Shown here piece by piece: positions 21,860 to 32,202 of a DNA stretch of 64,000 nt. The stretch is taken from NCBI RefSeq assembly GCF_001677475.2, contig NZ_CP015229.1, one strand, 5' to 3'. Every line of letters starts with the position of its first letter. Position 1 is the first letter of the stretch. The stretch comes from Escherichia coli (lineage in GTDB: Bacteria; Pseudomonadota; Gammaproteobacteria; Enterobacterales; Enterobacteriaceae). A program made the translations under genes and the position numbers. The notes under the pieces are model-generated. The model had not been told where the DNA came from. It saw only the letters and a program-made list of their open reading frames with translations, and searched no databases.

Positions 21860-22057
21860 TCAGTCTTGCAAACTATTGATAATGAAATGTGTAATATCTC
21901 TTGCAATGCGACCCATTTCTGAAATACCCAGCTGATCAATTGCCGAAAAAATGGCTATCAACGTAAGTGTCAGTAATAAGACAACCACAATTACAGACAT
22001 GATTTCTTTATAGTTGTCTCTTTGCGTGATTTTGTTTTTCACTGTGGTCGCATGCAT
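21860..22057 (-). CDS. safA: Small membrane connector protein linking EvgS/EvgA to PhoQ/PhoP
   Basis: 65-aa ORF with a single transmembrane segment (IMSVIVVVLLLTLTLIAIFSAI); position between ydeO and ydeP as for safA. Confidence 0.85.
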   Translation of the reverse strand: MHATTVKNKITQRDNYKEIMSVIVVVLLLTLTLIAIFSAIDQLGISEMGRIARDITHFIINSLQD

Positions 22058-22168
22058 TTCAAATATGTTTATTTAGCGGATAACGTTAAAAATCGTTAAT
22101 CAGTATGCTTAATATAACAGGCTGGAGAAAAGAGGAAATAGGACTGGTGCTTCAGTACTGAGCGGAGT

Positions 22169-22186
22169 TTCTTACAGCTGTAGGCA
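22169..22186. promoter_or_regulatory. EvgA box upstream of safA-ydeO
   Basis: TTCTTACA-GC-TGTAGGCA, matching the inverted-repeat EvgA consensus TTCYTACA-N2-TGTARGAA (recalled), about 110 bp upstream of safA. Confidence 0.7.
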
Positions 22187-22304
22187 GAAGTTTATATCTT
22201 ATAGTATGTAGTTTAATTTAATCCATGTGAGCAAATTGCGCGATAATAGTCAATGAGGAATTCTTCTGCTGTGCGGATGACAGCAGAAGAAATGAGAAGA
22301 GGCA

Positions 22305-24584
22305 TTAATTTGATGGTTCTAATTCAACCGGAATACTTTTATAGCCAGGAATGCCACTTAATGGATCGTGGTTATCAAGTGTTAGCATGTGATTCGATTC
22401 TGGAAAATAGGTCACCAGTGAGCGGTCAGCCATAGGGTAAATGACCACTTTTAATCTATCCATGCGGCGTGAGCTGCGCTTACCGTCTGGCGTAAGCGCA
22501 ATAAGATTAACTCTTTCGCCGTTTTTTACACGGCAAATTTTAGCTTGTTTAGCACTCATAAAGACCACATCTCGTTGACCGAATACCCCTCGATAGCGAT
22601 CATCCATACCATAAATCGTCGTGTTGTACTGATCGTGGCTGCGTACTGTCGCCATGACCAGCTTACTATTAAACGCTGAAGAGGGATCTTCTAACAGCCC
22701 TTTGCTGGTAATGAAATTAGCCTTACCTGACGGCGTCATCCAGCGCCTTTCAGCAGCTGCATTTATCAGGTGAAAACCACCGGGATGACGGATGCGCTGG
22801 TTATAGTCGGCGAACTCTGGCAGCACAGCTTCAATGTCATTGCGAATGCGATCATAATCTTCCACCAGATACTCCCAGGCTACCACGCTCTGAGGTAGTG
22901 CTGCCTGCGCGATTCCCGCGACCACTGCACACTCTGATTTCAGCATTACACCGGCGGGTTTTAACACGCCACGCGAGGCATGAATCATCGACATTGAATC
23001 CTCAACGGTTACCGCCTGCGCACCGCTTTTTTGCATATCAATCTCGCTACGTCCCAGAACCGGCAGAATATAGCTATGCCGTGCGGTCAGCAGATGAGAG
23101 CGGTTAAGCTTAGTGGCTACGTGTACCGTCAGATCTAATTGCGTTAACGGTACAGCGCTCGCTTCCCGATCTGGCATTGCAAGTGCAAAGTTGCCCCCCA
23201 TGCAGATCAATGCTCGAGCTTGCCCCGTACATATAGCTTGCATGCTGGCAATTGCAGCATGTCCAGGTGCATGAGGTGGGGTGAAGCCATAGCGCTCACC
23301 AAGGCGAGCCAGAAACTCTGCAGACGGTTTCTCGGTGATACCGACGGTTCGGTCGCCCTGTACATTAGAGTGACCTCGTAGTGGGCAGATACCCGCACCA
23401 GGCTTGCCAATGTTACCTTTCATCAACAGCAGATTGACCAGTTGCTGTACATTCTGGGTACCATGTTCGTGCTGAGTGATCCCCATTCCGTAACAGATAA
23501 TGGTGCGTTCGGCAGCGACATATGCATCAGCCAGTTCGGCGATTTGAGTCTGACTTAATCCAGAAATACGTTCGATATCTTTCCACTCGGAATTGAGAAC
23601 GTCACGGCGTAGCTCGTCAAAGCCGACGGTATGCGTTTGAATAAATTCGTCATCCAGCAATGAGGGCCGACCTGCGGCGCTTGCAGCATCATCGCGCTCA
23701 ATTAACAGGCGCATCATCCCCTTGAGCAACGCCATATCGCCACCAATGCGCACGTTATAGTAGGCACTAGCCAACTGAGTCTCAGAGTTCGTCAGCATTT
23801 CAAACGGGTTTTGCGGTGCGGTAAATCGCTCCAGGCCACGTTCCTGTAGAGGATTGATGGCGATCATTTTCGCTCCCCGTTTCACTAAAGCGCGCAACGA
23901 AGTCAACATGCGAGGGTGGTTTGTACCAGGGTTATGCCCAATGCAAATGACTAAATCGCACTTCTCAAAGTCTTCCAGCAACACGGTCCCTTTACCCACA
24001 CCGATACTCGCTGCCAAACCCACACTGGTCGGTTCATGGCACATGTTGGAGCAGTCGGGAAAGTTATTGCTCCCGTATTCACGGGCAAAAAGCTGATAAA
24101 GAAAGGCAGCTTCATTGGAAGTGCGCCCCGAAGTATAGAATTCAACCTGATTGGGATCACTATAGCTTTGAAGGCGAGCGCCAATTTCGTCGAAAGCTTG
24201 TTGCCAGCTTAATGGCTTGTAACAGTCGCTGACGGCATCATATTTCAAAGGCTGAGTGAGACGCCCGGCAGCCTCAAGCTCGTGGTCTCCCCAGGTAAGT
24301 AATGATTGAACCGTATTCTCAGCAAAGAAAGAGGCGTTTACCTGCTTATCCGTGACTTCCCAGGCGATTGCTTTTGCGCCGTTTTCACAAATGTCGAATG
24401 ACGCACTGTGCTTAGGATCTGGCCATGCACAACCCGGACAGTCAAAGCCCTCTGGCTTATTCATGTCAAACATGGCAATAACATCCTGGCGTATATCCAT
24501 CTGCTTACGTACTGCATTCGCTACGGATTTAACAGCACCCCAACCACCGGCAGCTCCCTGGTAGGATTCAATTTTTTTCTTCAT
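22305..24584 (-). CDS. ydeP: Molybdopterin-type oxidoreductase, acid-resistance protein
   Basis: 759-aa ORF recognised as YdeP (formate-dehydrogenase-like family). Confidence 0.9.
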   Translation of the reverse strand: MKKKIESYQGAAGGWGAVKSVANAVRKQMDIRQDVIAMFDMNKPEGFDCPGCAWPDPKHSASFDICENGAKAIAWEVTDKQVNASFFAENTVQSLLTWGDHELEAAGRLTQPLKYDAVSDCYKPLSWQQAFDEIGARLQSYSDPNQVEFYTSGRTSNEAAFLYQLFAREYGSNNFPDCSNMCHEPTSVGLAASIGVGKGTVLLEDFEKCDLVICIGHNPGTNHPRMLTSLRALVKRGAKMIAINPLQERGLERFTAPQNPFEMLTNSETQLASAYYNVRIGGDMALLKGMMRLLIERDDAASAAGRPSLLDDEFIQTHTVGFDELRRDVLNSEWKDIERISGLSQTQIAELADAYVAAERTIICYGMGITQHEHGTQNVQQLVNLLLMKGNIGKPGAGICPLRGHSNVQGDRTVGITEKPSAEFLARLGERYGFTPPHAPGHAAIASMQAICTGQARALICMGGNFALAMPDREASAVPLTQLDLTVHVATKLNRSHLLTARHSYILPVLGRSEIDMQKSGAQAVTVEDSMSMIHASRGVLKPAGVMLKSECAVVAGIAQAALPQSVVAWEYLVEDYDRIRNDIEAVLPEFADYNQRIRHPGGFHLINAAAERRWMTPSGKANFITSKGLLEDPSSAFNSKLVMATVRSHDQYNTTIYGMDDRYRGVFGQRDVVFMSAKQAKICRVKNGERVNLIALTPDGKRSSRRMDRLKVVIYPMADRSLVTYFPESNHMLTLDNHDPLSGIPGYKSIPVELEPSN

Positions 24585-24824
24585 CTGCTTATCCTGTGTG
24601 GAAATGAATTATTAGGATTTGTAATAGCGATGATGCACAGTATATACAAAGGGATTATCGTCAACATGGATATAAGAGTAGGGGACTACTCTCTTTCTAT
24701 TTTAATCTATTATCGTTAAACAAAAGATTAAATACGATAAATTAAGCATCATCTCTCGTAGTGTTTAAATTAACATATTTTTCAATATAAAAAATAAGAC
24801 TCTGGCGTTAATTGTGCGCGGATT

Positions 24825-24842
24825 TTCTTACAGGTGTAGGAT
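24825..24842. promoter_or_regulatory. EvgA box upstream of ydeP
   Basis: TTCTTACA-GG-TGTAGGAT; same inverted-repeat pattern as the safA box, about 240 bp upstream of ydeP. Confidence 0.7.
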
Positions 24843-24914
24843 AATAGCCTTCACAAAATAATTATCCGCGCAATTTTCGCGAATGGAGCGCATAGACTAA
24901 GGTCAAAATCACAA

Positions 24915-25829
24915 TTATTCATAGATAAAAGTGACACCAATGACTGACTGGACGGTTCCGGCTGAAACTTTGTTTCCTGTTTGTCCATAGGTTGCGCTTA
25001 AACCCAGAGGTACTTTGCTTTTATTTACTGTCCCCAGGGAGACGTTTTCTCCCGTAGCCAGTATTTTTCCATTACGCATCAGAGAGACACCCACTCCCGA
25101 TGCTTTTGTTGCATCTGGTGCTGTGTTAGCAAACACTTGTCGGGCACTGTCAGTGGTGGCACCCGAAAGATAAAATGAGAGCTTTTGTTCACTTGAGCAA
25201 TATACGCCAAGTGGTATTTCTGCGCTTCCAGGAAAGTCCGGGAGATTCACGTTGACATTACGACTATCAACGGTGCAGCCGCCTGTTGGCATAACAACAC
25301 TGTTATTTGAAATAATATTCCACGTAAAATTACGCGGATTTCCGCTTCCTAACGTGGCAATTTTATACATATGAATACGGGCAATAACTTCCCCGGCTTT
25401 TATGACAACTCCACCGGCCGCACCGACTGGGGTAATATAGAGTTTTAACGGTAATGGCATCGGTGTCTTATCACCAATATCTAATACATTAGTATTTGTC
25501 GTCAACGGGAAGGGGTAGGTCACACTATTCCAGTACAGCGATCCTTTATATGACTGTAGGGAGCCTGCGAAAGCTGAGCCTTGTACCAGGTTTATATGAT
25601 CAGTATCGTACCAGCCGCCGTAATCATTCCAGCAACTTATATGCTGAGACAAGTCTACAACCAGATTCTGTCCCGGTTGTATTACAGGGTCGAGATTAAC
25701 ATAAACAGAGGTTGTACCTGCTCCAATACTTGCCCCGCCATCGACATTACAACTGAAGGCAAAAACTTTGCCTGCCATTAATAGAAGATAAATACCGAAC
25801 AGGACCTTTATACTGATTGTTTTACCCAT
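24915..25829 (-). CDS. ydeQ: F9/Yde-type fimbrial tip adhesin (FimH-like)
   Basis: ORF 24915..25871 trimmed to [24 protein letters not shown]... (304 aa); last gene of a chaperone-usher operon. Confidence 0.85.
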   Translation of the reverse strand: MGKTISIKVLFGIYLLLMAGKVFAFSCNVDGGASIGAGTTSVYVNLDPVIQPGQNLVVDLSQHISCWNDYGGWYDTDHINLVQGSAFAGSLQSYKGSLYWNSVTYPFPLTTNTNVLDIGDKTPMPLPLKLYITPVGAAGGVVIKAGEVIARIHMYKIATLGSGNPRNFTWNIISNNSVVMPTGGCTVDSRNVNVNLPDFPGSAEIPLGVYCSSEQKLSFYLSGATTDSARQVFANTAPDATKASGVGVSLMRNGKILATGENVSLGTVNKSKVPLGLSATYGQTGNKVSAGTVQSVIGVTFIYE

Positions 25830-25889
25830 GATATATCCTAAGGTTAAAAAATTGATTAAAAAAGGAGGCAAAAAAAAATCGAATCGACG

Positions 25890-26393
25890 TTATTGCCAGG
25901 TGTAGATCACATTGATTAGCGCCTCGATCGTTCCCTGGCTTGCGTTTCCATTCACCGTGATAGCTCTTGCCTTAAGTGGAAACTGTGCATTACGAGTGAT
26001 CTCATCAACAATAACCGTTTTGCTATCGCCATTTTTTAACGTCGCATCCTGGTCATCCCTTAGCTCTATCTGAATATTTTCGGCAGTACCTTCATTTTTG
26101 TAATAACCCGTATTGTCAGTTGAACCTGTCACGATTGCCGTCACTGCACTTGTTTCAACCGGACAATCGGTTAATGACAAAGTAATATTGTGCCAGCCTG
26201 ATGCAGAACCAGGTTGTTGCAGATTGCGCGTATAAAGATCCCCGAGATTAACGTTAGCTTCTTTGGTTTGAATAGTGCAGGGTTTAGCGACTACCCGACC
26301 ATTAACAGTGATAGTGACATCGGCGGCCTGGAGAGTTGCTGTGAATAACGCGCAAAACGTAGCTAACAGGAACCTCTTGTGAAGTCTTTTCAT
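25890..26393 (-). CDS. ydeR: Fimbrial minor subunit
   Basis: 167-aa ORF with signal peptide and pilin-like C-terminus. Confidence 0.85.
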   Translation of the reverse strand: MKRLHKRFLLATFCALFTATLQAADVTITVNGRVVAKPCTIQTKEANVNLGDLYTRNLQQPGSASGWHNITLSLTDCPVETSAVTAIVTGSTDNTGYYKNEGTAENIQIELRDDQDATLKNGDSKTVIVDEITRNAQFPLKARAITVNGNASQGTIEALINVIYTWQ

Positions 26394-26405
26394 ATCTGAC
26401 TCTGA

Positions 26406-26936
26406 TTATTGAAATTCAAGGGTAAAGGTTGCCGAAGCCCTCACCAGTCCCGGATTGACGGAATTCTGCGTTGACTTCAAACGAGCGGAATAAGGCAAAA
26501 TATTGTTCTGTTCTGGTACCAGTGGGATCCACTGCATCCCGGCATGAAGGTCATTCAATTTCACCGGACGCATATTTCCGTCCAGTATTTCTATACCCAA
26601 ACCGGAGGCCGTATTGCTTCCTTCATCCAGTTTCAACAGAGTATTATTTTCTGCATCCTCAATCCCGTTAAATGCAACCCGAACCCCCGTTGTTCCTTTA
26701 CTGCATTCACTTAACGTAATCTGAAAAGGGACGGCTGGACCTGTGCTACCGGTCGTTGGAAATTGTCTGGCACTGTTTTTTTGGAGATCTACGGTAAAAT
26801 TAAGCGAATCCGATGAGACTGTGCAGCCATAATCGAGGACGCGCCCGCTAATTTTAATAACGCTATCTGCGGATAAAGCAGAATAGGTGGTTAACCCCAG
26901 ACATAAACCGAGGAAAATAATGTTATTGTATTTCAT
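26406..26936 (-). CDS. ydeS: Fimbrial minor subunit
   Basis: 176-aa ORF with signal peptide; pilin-like. Confidence 0.85.
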   Translation of the reverse strand: MKYNNIIFLGLCLGLTTYSALSADSVIKISGRVLDYGCTVSSDSLNFTVDLQKNSARQFPTTGSTGPAVPFQITLSECSKGTTGVRVAFNGIEDAENNTLLKLDEGSNTASGLGIEILDGNMRPVKLNDLHAGMQWIPLVPEQNNILPYSARLKSTQNSVNPGLVRASATFTLEFQ

Positions 26937-26949
26937 AATCTATTGTTCC

Positions 26950-29601
26950 TTAGCGACAGATTGCTGTCTGCTGGTTCAGTAAGGTACCAGGAGAAACTTC
27001 AGGAAGCTTGTACTCGACAATACAGTTTGAGTTTTTATCTTTGCCCCATGAAACCTGTAATTTCCCTGACTGTGGAAGTCCAGTCAGATAAACCTGACCG
27101 TTTTCCGCGACAATGCTGCCATTTTTATTCTCTCCATGTGTGACAATTGCACCGAATGGAACGCTCTTATTACCGTACTTCAACGTCATTAATACTTTCC
27201 CGCCGATTTGTGCATTAAATGTTGCTCTGGCAATAGCACCGTGAGTTGGGATGACAGTGACCACGGTTTCATCCAGTTCAACATTATCTGCAAGGGAATT
27301 CGCGTTAAGAGCGACACGATTTTCTCTATATTCTGTCGCAAATGGTAATATGGCATAGCCACGCCAGTCGGTATGAATTCCGGTCTGGTTCTCTATTTTG
27401 ACATTATCAGCGCCAGGAGCCTTAACCAGAACCATTGTGTCGCCCAGCGGCTGACCAAAGGTGATGCCATCAGCATGAGCAATAATCCCACCACTCATTC
27501 CGTAATAAATCTGGCTGCTGTCCCCACTCCGACTGTAACCGACATTAGTATTACCGTAAGCTCCACGATAATTAAGAGAACTGTAACCACTGGTGGCAGA
27601 CGATGTATTACCTCCGTGGGTGTTACCTACCTGAACGCTATAATTCAGGTTATTATCCGGCAGCAGAGTGCCATAAACCCCCGATAGATTGGTCATGCCG
27701 CCTTTCAAATCGTTTGACATACTGTAACTGGCGTTTGAATTACGAAATGCCGACTGACTGTCTGTACGCATCCAATGACTGAAGGGAACATTAAGCGTAA
27801 AAGCAAGTAAATGATCCCGATCGTTTTGCCATATATTATTGGAATAGCTGTAATTCAGCGAAGTCGTAATATCACCAAACGGCACATTTAATCCAAATGA
27901 TATTTGCTGGTCGCTGCGTGACGTGTTCCAGTAACTTTGGCGACTGGCACTGAAAAATGTCGTACCGTAATTTCCAAGCTGCTGAGAGATGCTTATTTGT
28001 TCCTGACCACGCTTACTGTAGAACAGATTAAAATAATCAATAAATTGTGTCTGCTCATTGCTGTCTCCGGTAGGAGGCTTGACGGTGTAACCACTCATTC
28101 GACTGTAGGCACTGTCGGATAAGTTATAAAAACCTTGCGTAGAATAGCGATATCCTGCGACCTGGATATTGGTTCCCGTCTGGTAGAAGGATTTGCTGTA
28201 GACGGATTTAATCGATTGCCCGCTGTGACGGGTGCCATCTGCAAGTGTCGTATTGGCCTGCGTGATATCGAAAGAAAAGGCACCAAAAAGTCCTAAATCT
28301 TTACCAATACCAAGGTTGAAGGCCTGATAATCTTCTGCAATTTGCATTCCGCCATAAGGTGTCCAGTTTCCTTCCAGTCCATGCATCAAGCTACCTTGTA
28401 TGAACTTGGGGGAGCTTTGCAGGTTATTTCCACTACGATATTCCCCCATGGCAAGCGCATAACGCGTATATCCAGCACGTTGGAGAACCGGAACAGACGA
28501 ATAAGGAACATATAATGTCTGAATACTGCCGTCTGCCTCTTTTATGGTTACTTGCAGATCACCACCATTGGCCGCAGAGTTGATATCATCAATAGTAAAA
28601 GGGCCGGGTGGAACAGTAGTCTGATAAACATCGTATCCGTTCTGTTTTACACTCACTTGTGCGGTGCCACGGGCAATACCATGAATCACCGGAGCGAAAC
28701 CATGTTGGCTATCGGGCAACATCGCTTCTGTTGAATTTATTTTGAGGCCACGAAAGTTCACACTATCAAAAATATCGCCATCGGTATAACTATCACCTAC
28801 CGTTAACCGTGAGCGTAAGGGAATAATGTCACGTTCAGCCGACGTATTGATATGCTGCCATTTATTGCTGTCAGATGAATTGCTACTCCCACTGTTATAA
28901 CTCCACGTTGAGTTATCGCGCAGTCGCCAACTACCAATGTTGATGCCACTCTGTAAATTCAAATATGCATAGTTGGATTTTCCTGCATTATGGTTACTAC
29001 GATTATTAATAGAATTACCATTAAAACTATAGTTTAGAAGCCCAGCATTTATTCCTTCTTCCCACAGATCAGGAGAAACATAGCCGCTAGCCATTCTGCC
29101 AACATAAATTTGCGGAACGGAGAGTGACAGATGTTGCTGACCAACATCAAACTCAGTTGATGCGTCGGCCAAACGATCCTGAAGTGGTGTGCATGCGCTG
29201 TTGTCCGGCACATGTTTTTCTGCCGAATGTTCCTTATTGCCTAATAATGCAGATTTTTTTATGCCAAGACTGACAAGAAGATCTGTACTCAGGCATGGGA
29301 TGAGATCTGCGTTATTATCATCTGCAATAAAAGTAATATCCCGACTAGTCATAAATTCGTCGTTCAAATAAATGTCGACCCGATATGTACCAGGTGGTGC
29401 CTCGCGTCCCTTAGTAAAGGCGGATAAATCGACAGATTCAGCAAGATCATTGCTTAAAAACCGTGGATTAAAATAATACTCTGCGTCAACGGGAAAAACC
29501 GCAGTTGCTAAGCCAAGGGCAATGGTAAGCCGTGCAAAGCGAGGCAGTAGTAACACCTGATGCATACGATATGCCTTAAATGCGGCACGAAAGGCTGTCA
29601 T
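26950..29601 (-). CDS. ydeT: Fimbrial outer-membrane usher, full length
   Basis: 883-aa ORF at usher size and position; in K-12 ydeT is only a fragment (recalled), whereas here it is intact. Start codon choice (MTAF vs MHQV) not resolved. Confidence 0.85.
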   Translation of the reverse strand: MTAFRAAFKAYRMHQVLLLPRFARLTIALGLATAVFPVDAEYYFNPRFLSNDLAESVDLSAFTKGREAPPGTYRVDIYLNDEFMTSRDITFIADDNNADLIPCLSTDLLVSLGIKKSALLGNKEHSAEKHVPDNSACTPLQDRLADASTEFDVGQQHLSLSVPQIYVGRMASGYVSPDLWEEGINAGLLNYSFNGNSINNRSNHNAGKSNYAYLNLQSGINIGSWRLRDNSTWSYNSGSSNSSDSNKWQHINTSAERDIIPLRSRLTVGDSYTDGDIFDSVNFRGLKINSTEAMLPDSQHGFAPVIHGIARGTAQVSVKQNGYDVYQTTVPPGPFTIDDINSAANGGDLQVTIKEADGSIQTLYVPYSSVPVLQRAGYTRYALAMGEYRSGNNLQSSPKFIQGSLMHGLEGNWTPYGGMQIAEDYQAFNLGIGKDLGLFGAFSFDITQANTTLADGTRHSGQSIKSVYSKSFYQTGTNIQVAGYRYSTQGFYNLSDSAYSRMSGYTVKPPTGDSNEQTQFIDYFNLFYSKRGQEQISISQQLGNYGTTFFSASRQSYWNTSRSDQQISFGLNVPFGDITTSLNYSYSNNIWQNDRDHLLAFTLNVPFSHWMRTDSQSAFRNSNASYSMSNDLKGGMTNLSGVYGTLLPDNNLNYSVQVGNTHGGNTSSATSGYSSLNYRGAYGNTNVGYSRSGDSSQIYYGMSGGIIAHADGITFGQPLGDTMVLVKAPGADNVKIENQTGIHTDWRGYAILPFATEYRENRVALNANSLADNVELDETVVTVIPTHGAIARATFNAQIGGKVLMTLKYGNKSVPFGAIVTHGENKNGSIVAENGQVYLTGLPQSGKLQVSWGKDKNSNCIVEYKLPEVSPGTLLNQQTAICR

Positions 29602-29642
29602 TATTAATTCCGATTGAGTTTATTATTAATTAGGTCACTGGC

Positions 29643-30362
29643 TTACTGCATGGTTGCCTTAATACGCGGAGTTAATGCACCGTAATCATTGATCGTCTGA
29701 AAACTGATGTCCCCGGTTGCAGCATGCGGGATATCCACCGATACTTCACCTTTTGGCGGCACCATGGTGTTTGGGAGATTGCTATTTCCTGCTTTCATAT
29801 TTGTTACGGTAATGAAGTAGGGCGTTGGATTAATAAGAGTGAGTTTGCTACCGCTGCGACGAAACCGAAGCATTGCAGGCGCTTCTTCAGGTGCCATTGC
29901 CAGGTTCGTGGGGCGATAAAACATTTTTATGCGGCTAATAATTGCCAGCTGTAATGTATTCTCATTCTTCTGGTCTTTTTCCATAGCAGGAATAGCTTTA
30001 ACATTAACCCAGAACAGGCTTTCACGGTCGCCTGGTAACTGATGATTAGTGGCGTTGATTATCCGCAGCGTATTCTCTTTTTTACCTTGCATGGAAAAAA
30101 GCGGTGGGGTAATGACAAACTGGGTGTCTTTTTGGTCACCTGCATTTTCTATCCATGACTGAATGAGATAGACACTGGCAGGATCATTATTCGTGACAGG
30201 CAATAAAACCTGTTTCTGGTTTGCCGGATAAATTACCCGCGTCGCACCCAGTGCGACAGCTGCGTTGGCAACGGTGCTATGGCAAGCAAAGAGCAATAAA
30301 AGTAACACTGTCGCCATAAAGGAAATAGAGTAGGGGGTACGCGTAGTTTGCATCTGATGCAT
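29643..30362 (-). CDS. Periplasmic fimbrial chaperone (PapD/FimC family)
   Basis: 239-aa ORF with signal peptide, immediately upstream of the usher. Confidence 0.85.
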   Translation of the reverse strand: MHQMQTTRTPYSISFMATVLLLLLFACHSTVANAAVALGATRVIYPANQKQVLLPVTNNDPASVYLIQSWIENAGDQKDTQFVITPPLFSMQGKKENTLRIINATNHQLPGDRESLFWVNVKAIPAMEKDQKNENTLQLAIISRIKMFYRPTNLAMAPEEAPAMLRFRRSGSKLTLINPTPYFITVTNMKAGNSNLPNTMVPPKGEVSVDIPHAATGDISFQTINDYGALTPRIKATMQ

Positions 30363-30714
30363 TCTCCATGTGTTAAGAGGATAAGCGGGGAAACCGTTAC
30401 ATCAGACAATCGGTAAATGTTGCTAATACATTGGCGACTCGCTGGGTTTCCATACTTAATGCGTTTGTAATAAATGTTGGTTCTCTTTTAATAGGAAAAC
30501 CTTGCTACAAAGTAAATTTTTTAAATAACAGTAAATTTAACTACTGTTGTTTATTGATCGTTTAGATATTATGTGATTTTTCATAGTGCTCCCAAATAAA
30601 AACCATTTCTCATTAAAAATGAGATGAACATTGGTGAGTTGCTCGGGTGTGCGTAGCCATGCCACACACACCCTGTTTCAATTTCAGATGACGTATAGCC
30701 ACCTTAAGATTGAA

Positions 30715-31278
30715 TTATAGATATTGAACTTTGAAGGTCGCATCTGCGTTTGCAGTACCAGCTACTGACTGCCCGAGAGCAATATAACGAGCCTGGAATG
30801 GCAGTATATTCGTGCCATCAATCAAGTCAGTTTTAGCGCTAAAAGTGGTACCATCAAGTATTAATACCTCCCCCGTACGGTCCAAAATTTGAATACCAAC
30901 ATTTTGGGCAGAGCCTGCCGCTGAACTCTGCAGCGCTAACGTGTCGTCATTACTGGTGACAGTAGTACCCAGGAATGCAACAGCTGCATTACTGGAAACA
31001 TTGGTATCACAATCATTCAGCTTGATATTGAAGCCAACGGCGGAGCTGAGGTCACCCGCTTTAGCCAGACGAGAAGAACGGACCTGACCCAGCTCAACCG
31101 TTTGGTTCATTGATTCTGAATCAATCGCACAAGCGGCATTTACCACTTCACCTTTAAAATGAATAACACCGCCATTAACAGTGGTCGTTACTGATTCATC
31201 ACCCTCGGCTGCGCTTACCGCAGCAGACGACATCGCCAACACAGAAACGACAATCATACCGACATGTTTGAGTTTCAT
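30715..31278 (-). CDS. Major fimbrial subunit (FimA-like)
   Basis: ORF 30715..31326 trimmed to [23 protein letters not shown]... (187 aa), preceded by GGAG; first gene of the operon. Confidence 0.8.
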   Translation of the reverse strand: MKLKHVGMIVVSVLAMSSAAVSAAEGDESVTTTVNGGVIHFKGEVVNAACAIDSESMNQTVELGQVRSSRLAKAGDLSSAVGFNIKLNDCDTNVSSNAAVAFLGTTVTSNDDTLALQSSAAGSAQNVGIQILDRTGEVLILDGTTFSAKTDLIDGTNILPFQARYIALGQSVAGTANADATFKVQYL

Positions 31279-31711
31279 AATTCTCCAAAATCTATATTTA
31301 AGTAGCTGAATAAAGAGAGTTAACAATTAAGTCATTCTGTTATTGCTTATAAAACAAGAATCATTCTTGATTGGTTGTTGCCCTGAGAATATAGTTTCCA
31401 GGGTTATTACATTTCACGAAGAACGATAATATCTTTAAATCACAAGGACACCTAATCACAACAAGTTTATTGCTGCACTTGTTGGAGAGAGTATTTGCAA
31501 AAACATTTTATGGCGCTAAATAACATGACGATTTCATTATGCATGTTATTTATAAACCGTGACTAAACAGAATATTATTGCGGACAAGGGAAGTGTCAGG
31601 AAAGGTCAAGAGATACTAATGGTTTATATGGCTATAAATCATTAGTTATGGTTAATGTTTGCCTGGTGTAACTAACACGGAATTGCTCTAAACAGATAAG
31701 TGCAGGGTTTA

Positions 31712-32062
31712 TTAAAGCTGACCGACAGACTTTCTTAACCTGGTAATATCTCTCTTAGGTGACTCTCCAAACATCCGCGAATATTCCCGACTGAAATGGG
31801 ATAAGCTTTCGTAACCGACAGCATAGGCTGCAGTGGTGACATCGTAATGTTCATTCAGCATCGGTCGCCTGGCTTCATTGAGGCGTAGCCATTTCTGATA
31901 CCGGAGTGGACTCATTCCCGCAAGCTGTCTGAAGTGTTGATGGAAAGAGGGGGGTTCATTTGCACGCGGTTTGCCAGCCTGACTCTTCAACGCAGGGAAG
32001 ATGCGGCAAACGGCAAACCTGCATACCAGCCAGCCTATATCCGGTATGCACAGGCTAATCAT
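31712..32062 (-). pseudogene. yneL: AraC-family regulator fragment (HTH domain only)
   Basis: 116-aa ORF carrying only an AraC-type HTH (…LSHFSREYSRMFGESPKRD…) with no sensing domain; corresponds to the yneL remnant that flanks dif in K-12. Confidence 0.6.
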
Positions 32063-32141
32063 GAAAGAGGAGAGGCTTTATGTTCTTGAACCCTGAAGTA
32101 ATAACGACGACCGGAAAATCGCTTCGCATCACTCAAACTCA

Positions 32142-32169
32142 ATTTAACATAATATACATTATGCGCACT
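32142..32169. other. dif-like site, left junction (attL): host-like XerD arm, phage-like XerC arm
   Basis: ATTTAACATAA-TATACA-TTATGCGCACT; 27 of 28 identical to the reverse complement of E. coli dif (GGTGCGCATAATGTATATTATGTTAAAT, recalled); the single mismatch is the outermost base of the XerC arm. Confidence 0.85.
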
Positions 32170-32181
32170 AAGGTGCGCATA
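32160..32181 (+). repeat. 9-bp perfect inverted repeat of the XerC-binding arm
   Basis: TATGCGCAC-TAAG-GTGCGCATA; the left half is the XerC arm of attL, the right half an inverted copy; overlaps a 10-bp palindrome CGCATATGCG (32176..32185). Confidence 0.8.
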
Positions 32182-32202
32182 TGCGTATTCTGGAGGTGTG
32201 TC

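Noticed and set aside
32080-32202. Upstream extension of the VP4 ORF (track start at 32080, MFLNPEV…)
   Set aside because: The extension runs through the left dif-like site and host DNA; an in-frame ATG at 32203 has a GGAGG RBS and gives a Rep of typical length, so 32203 was chosen as the start.
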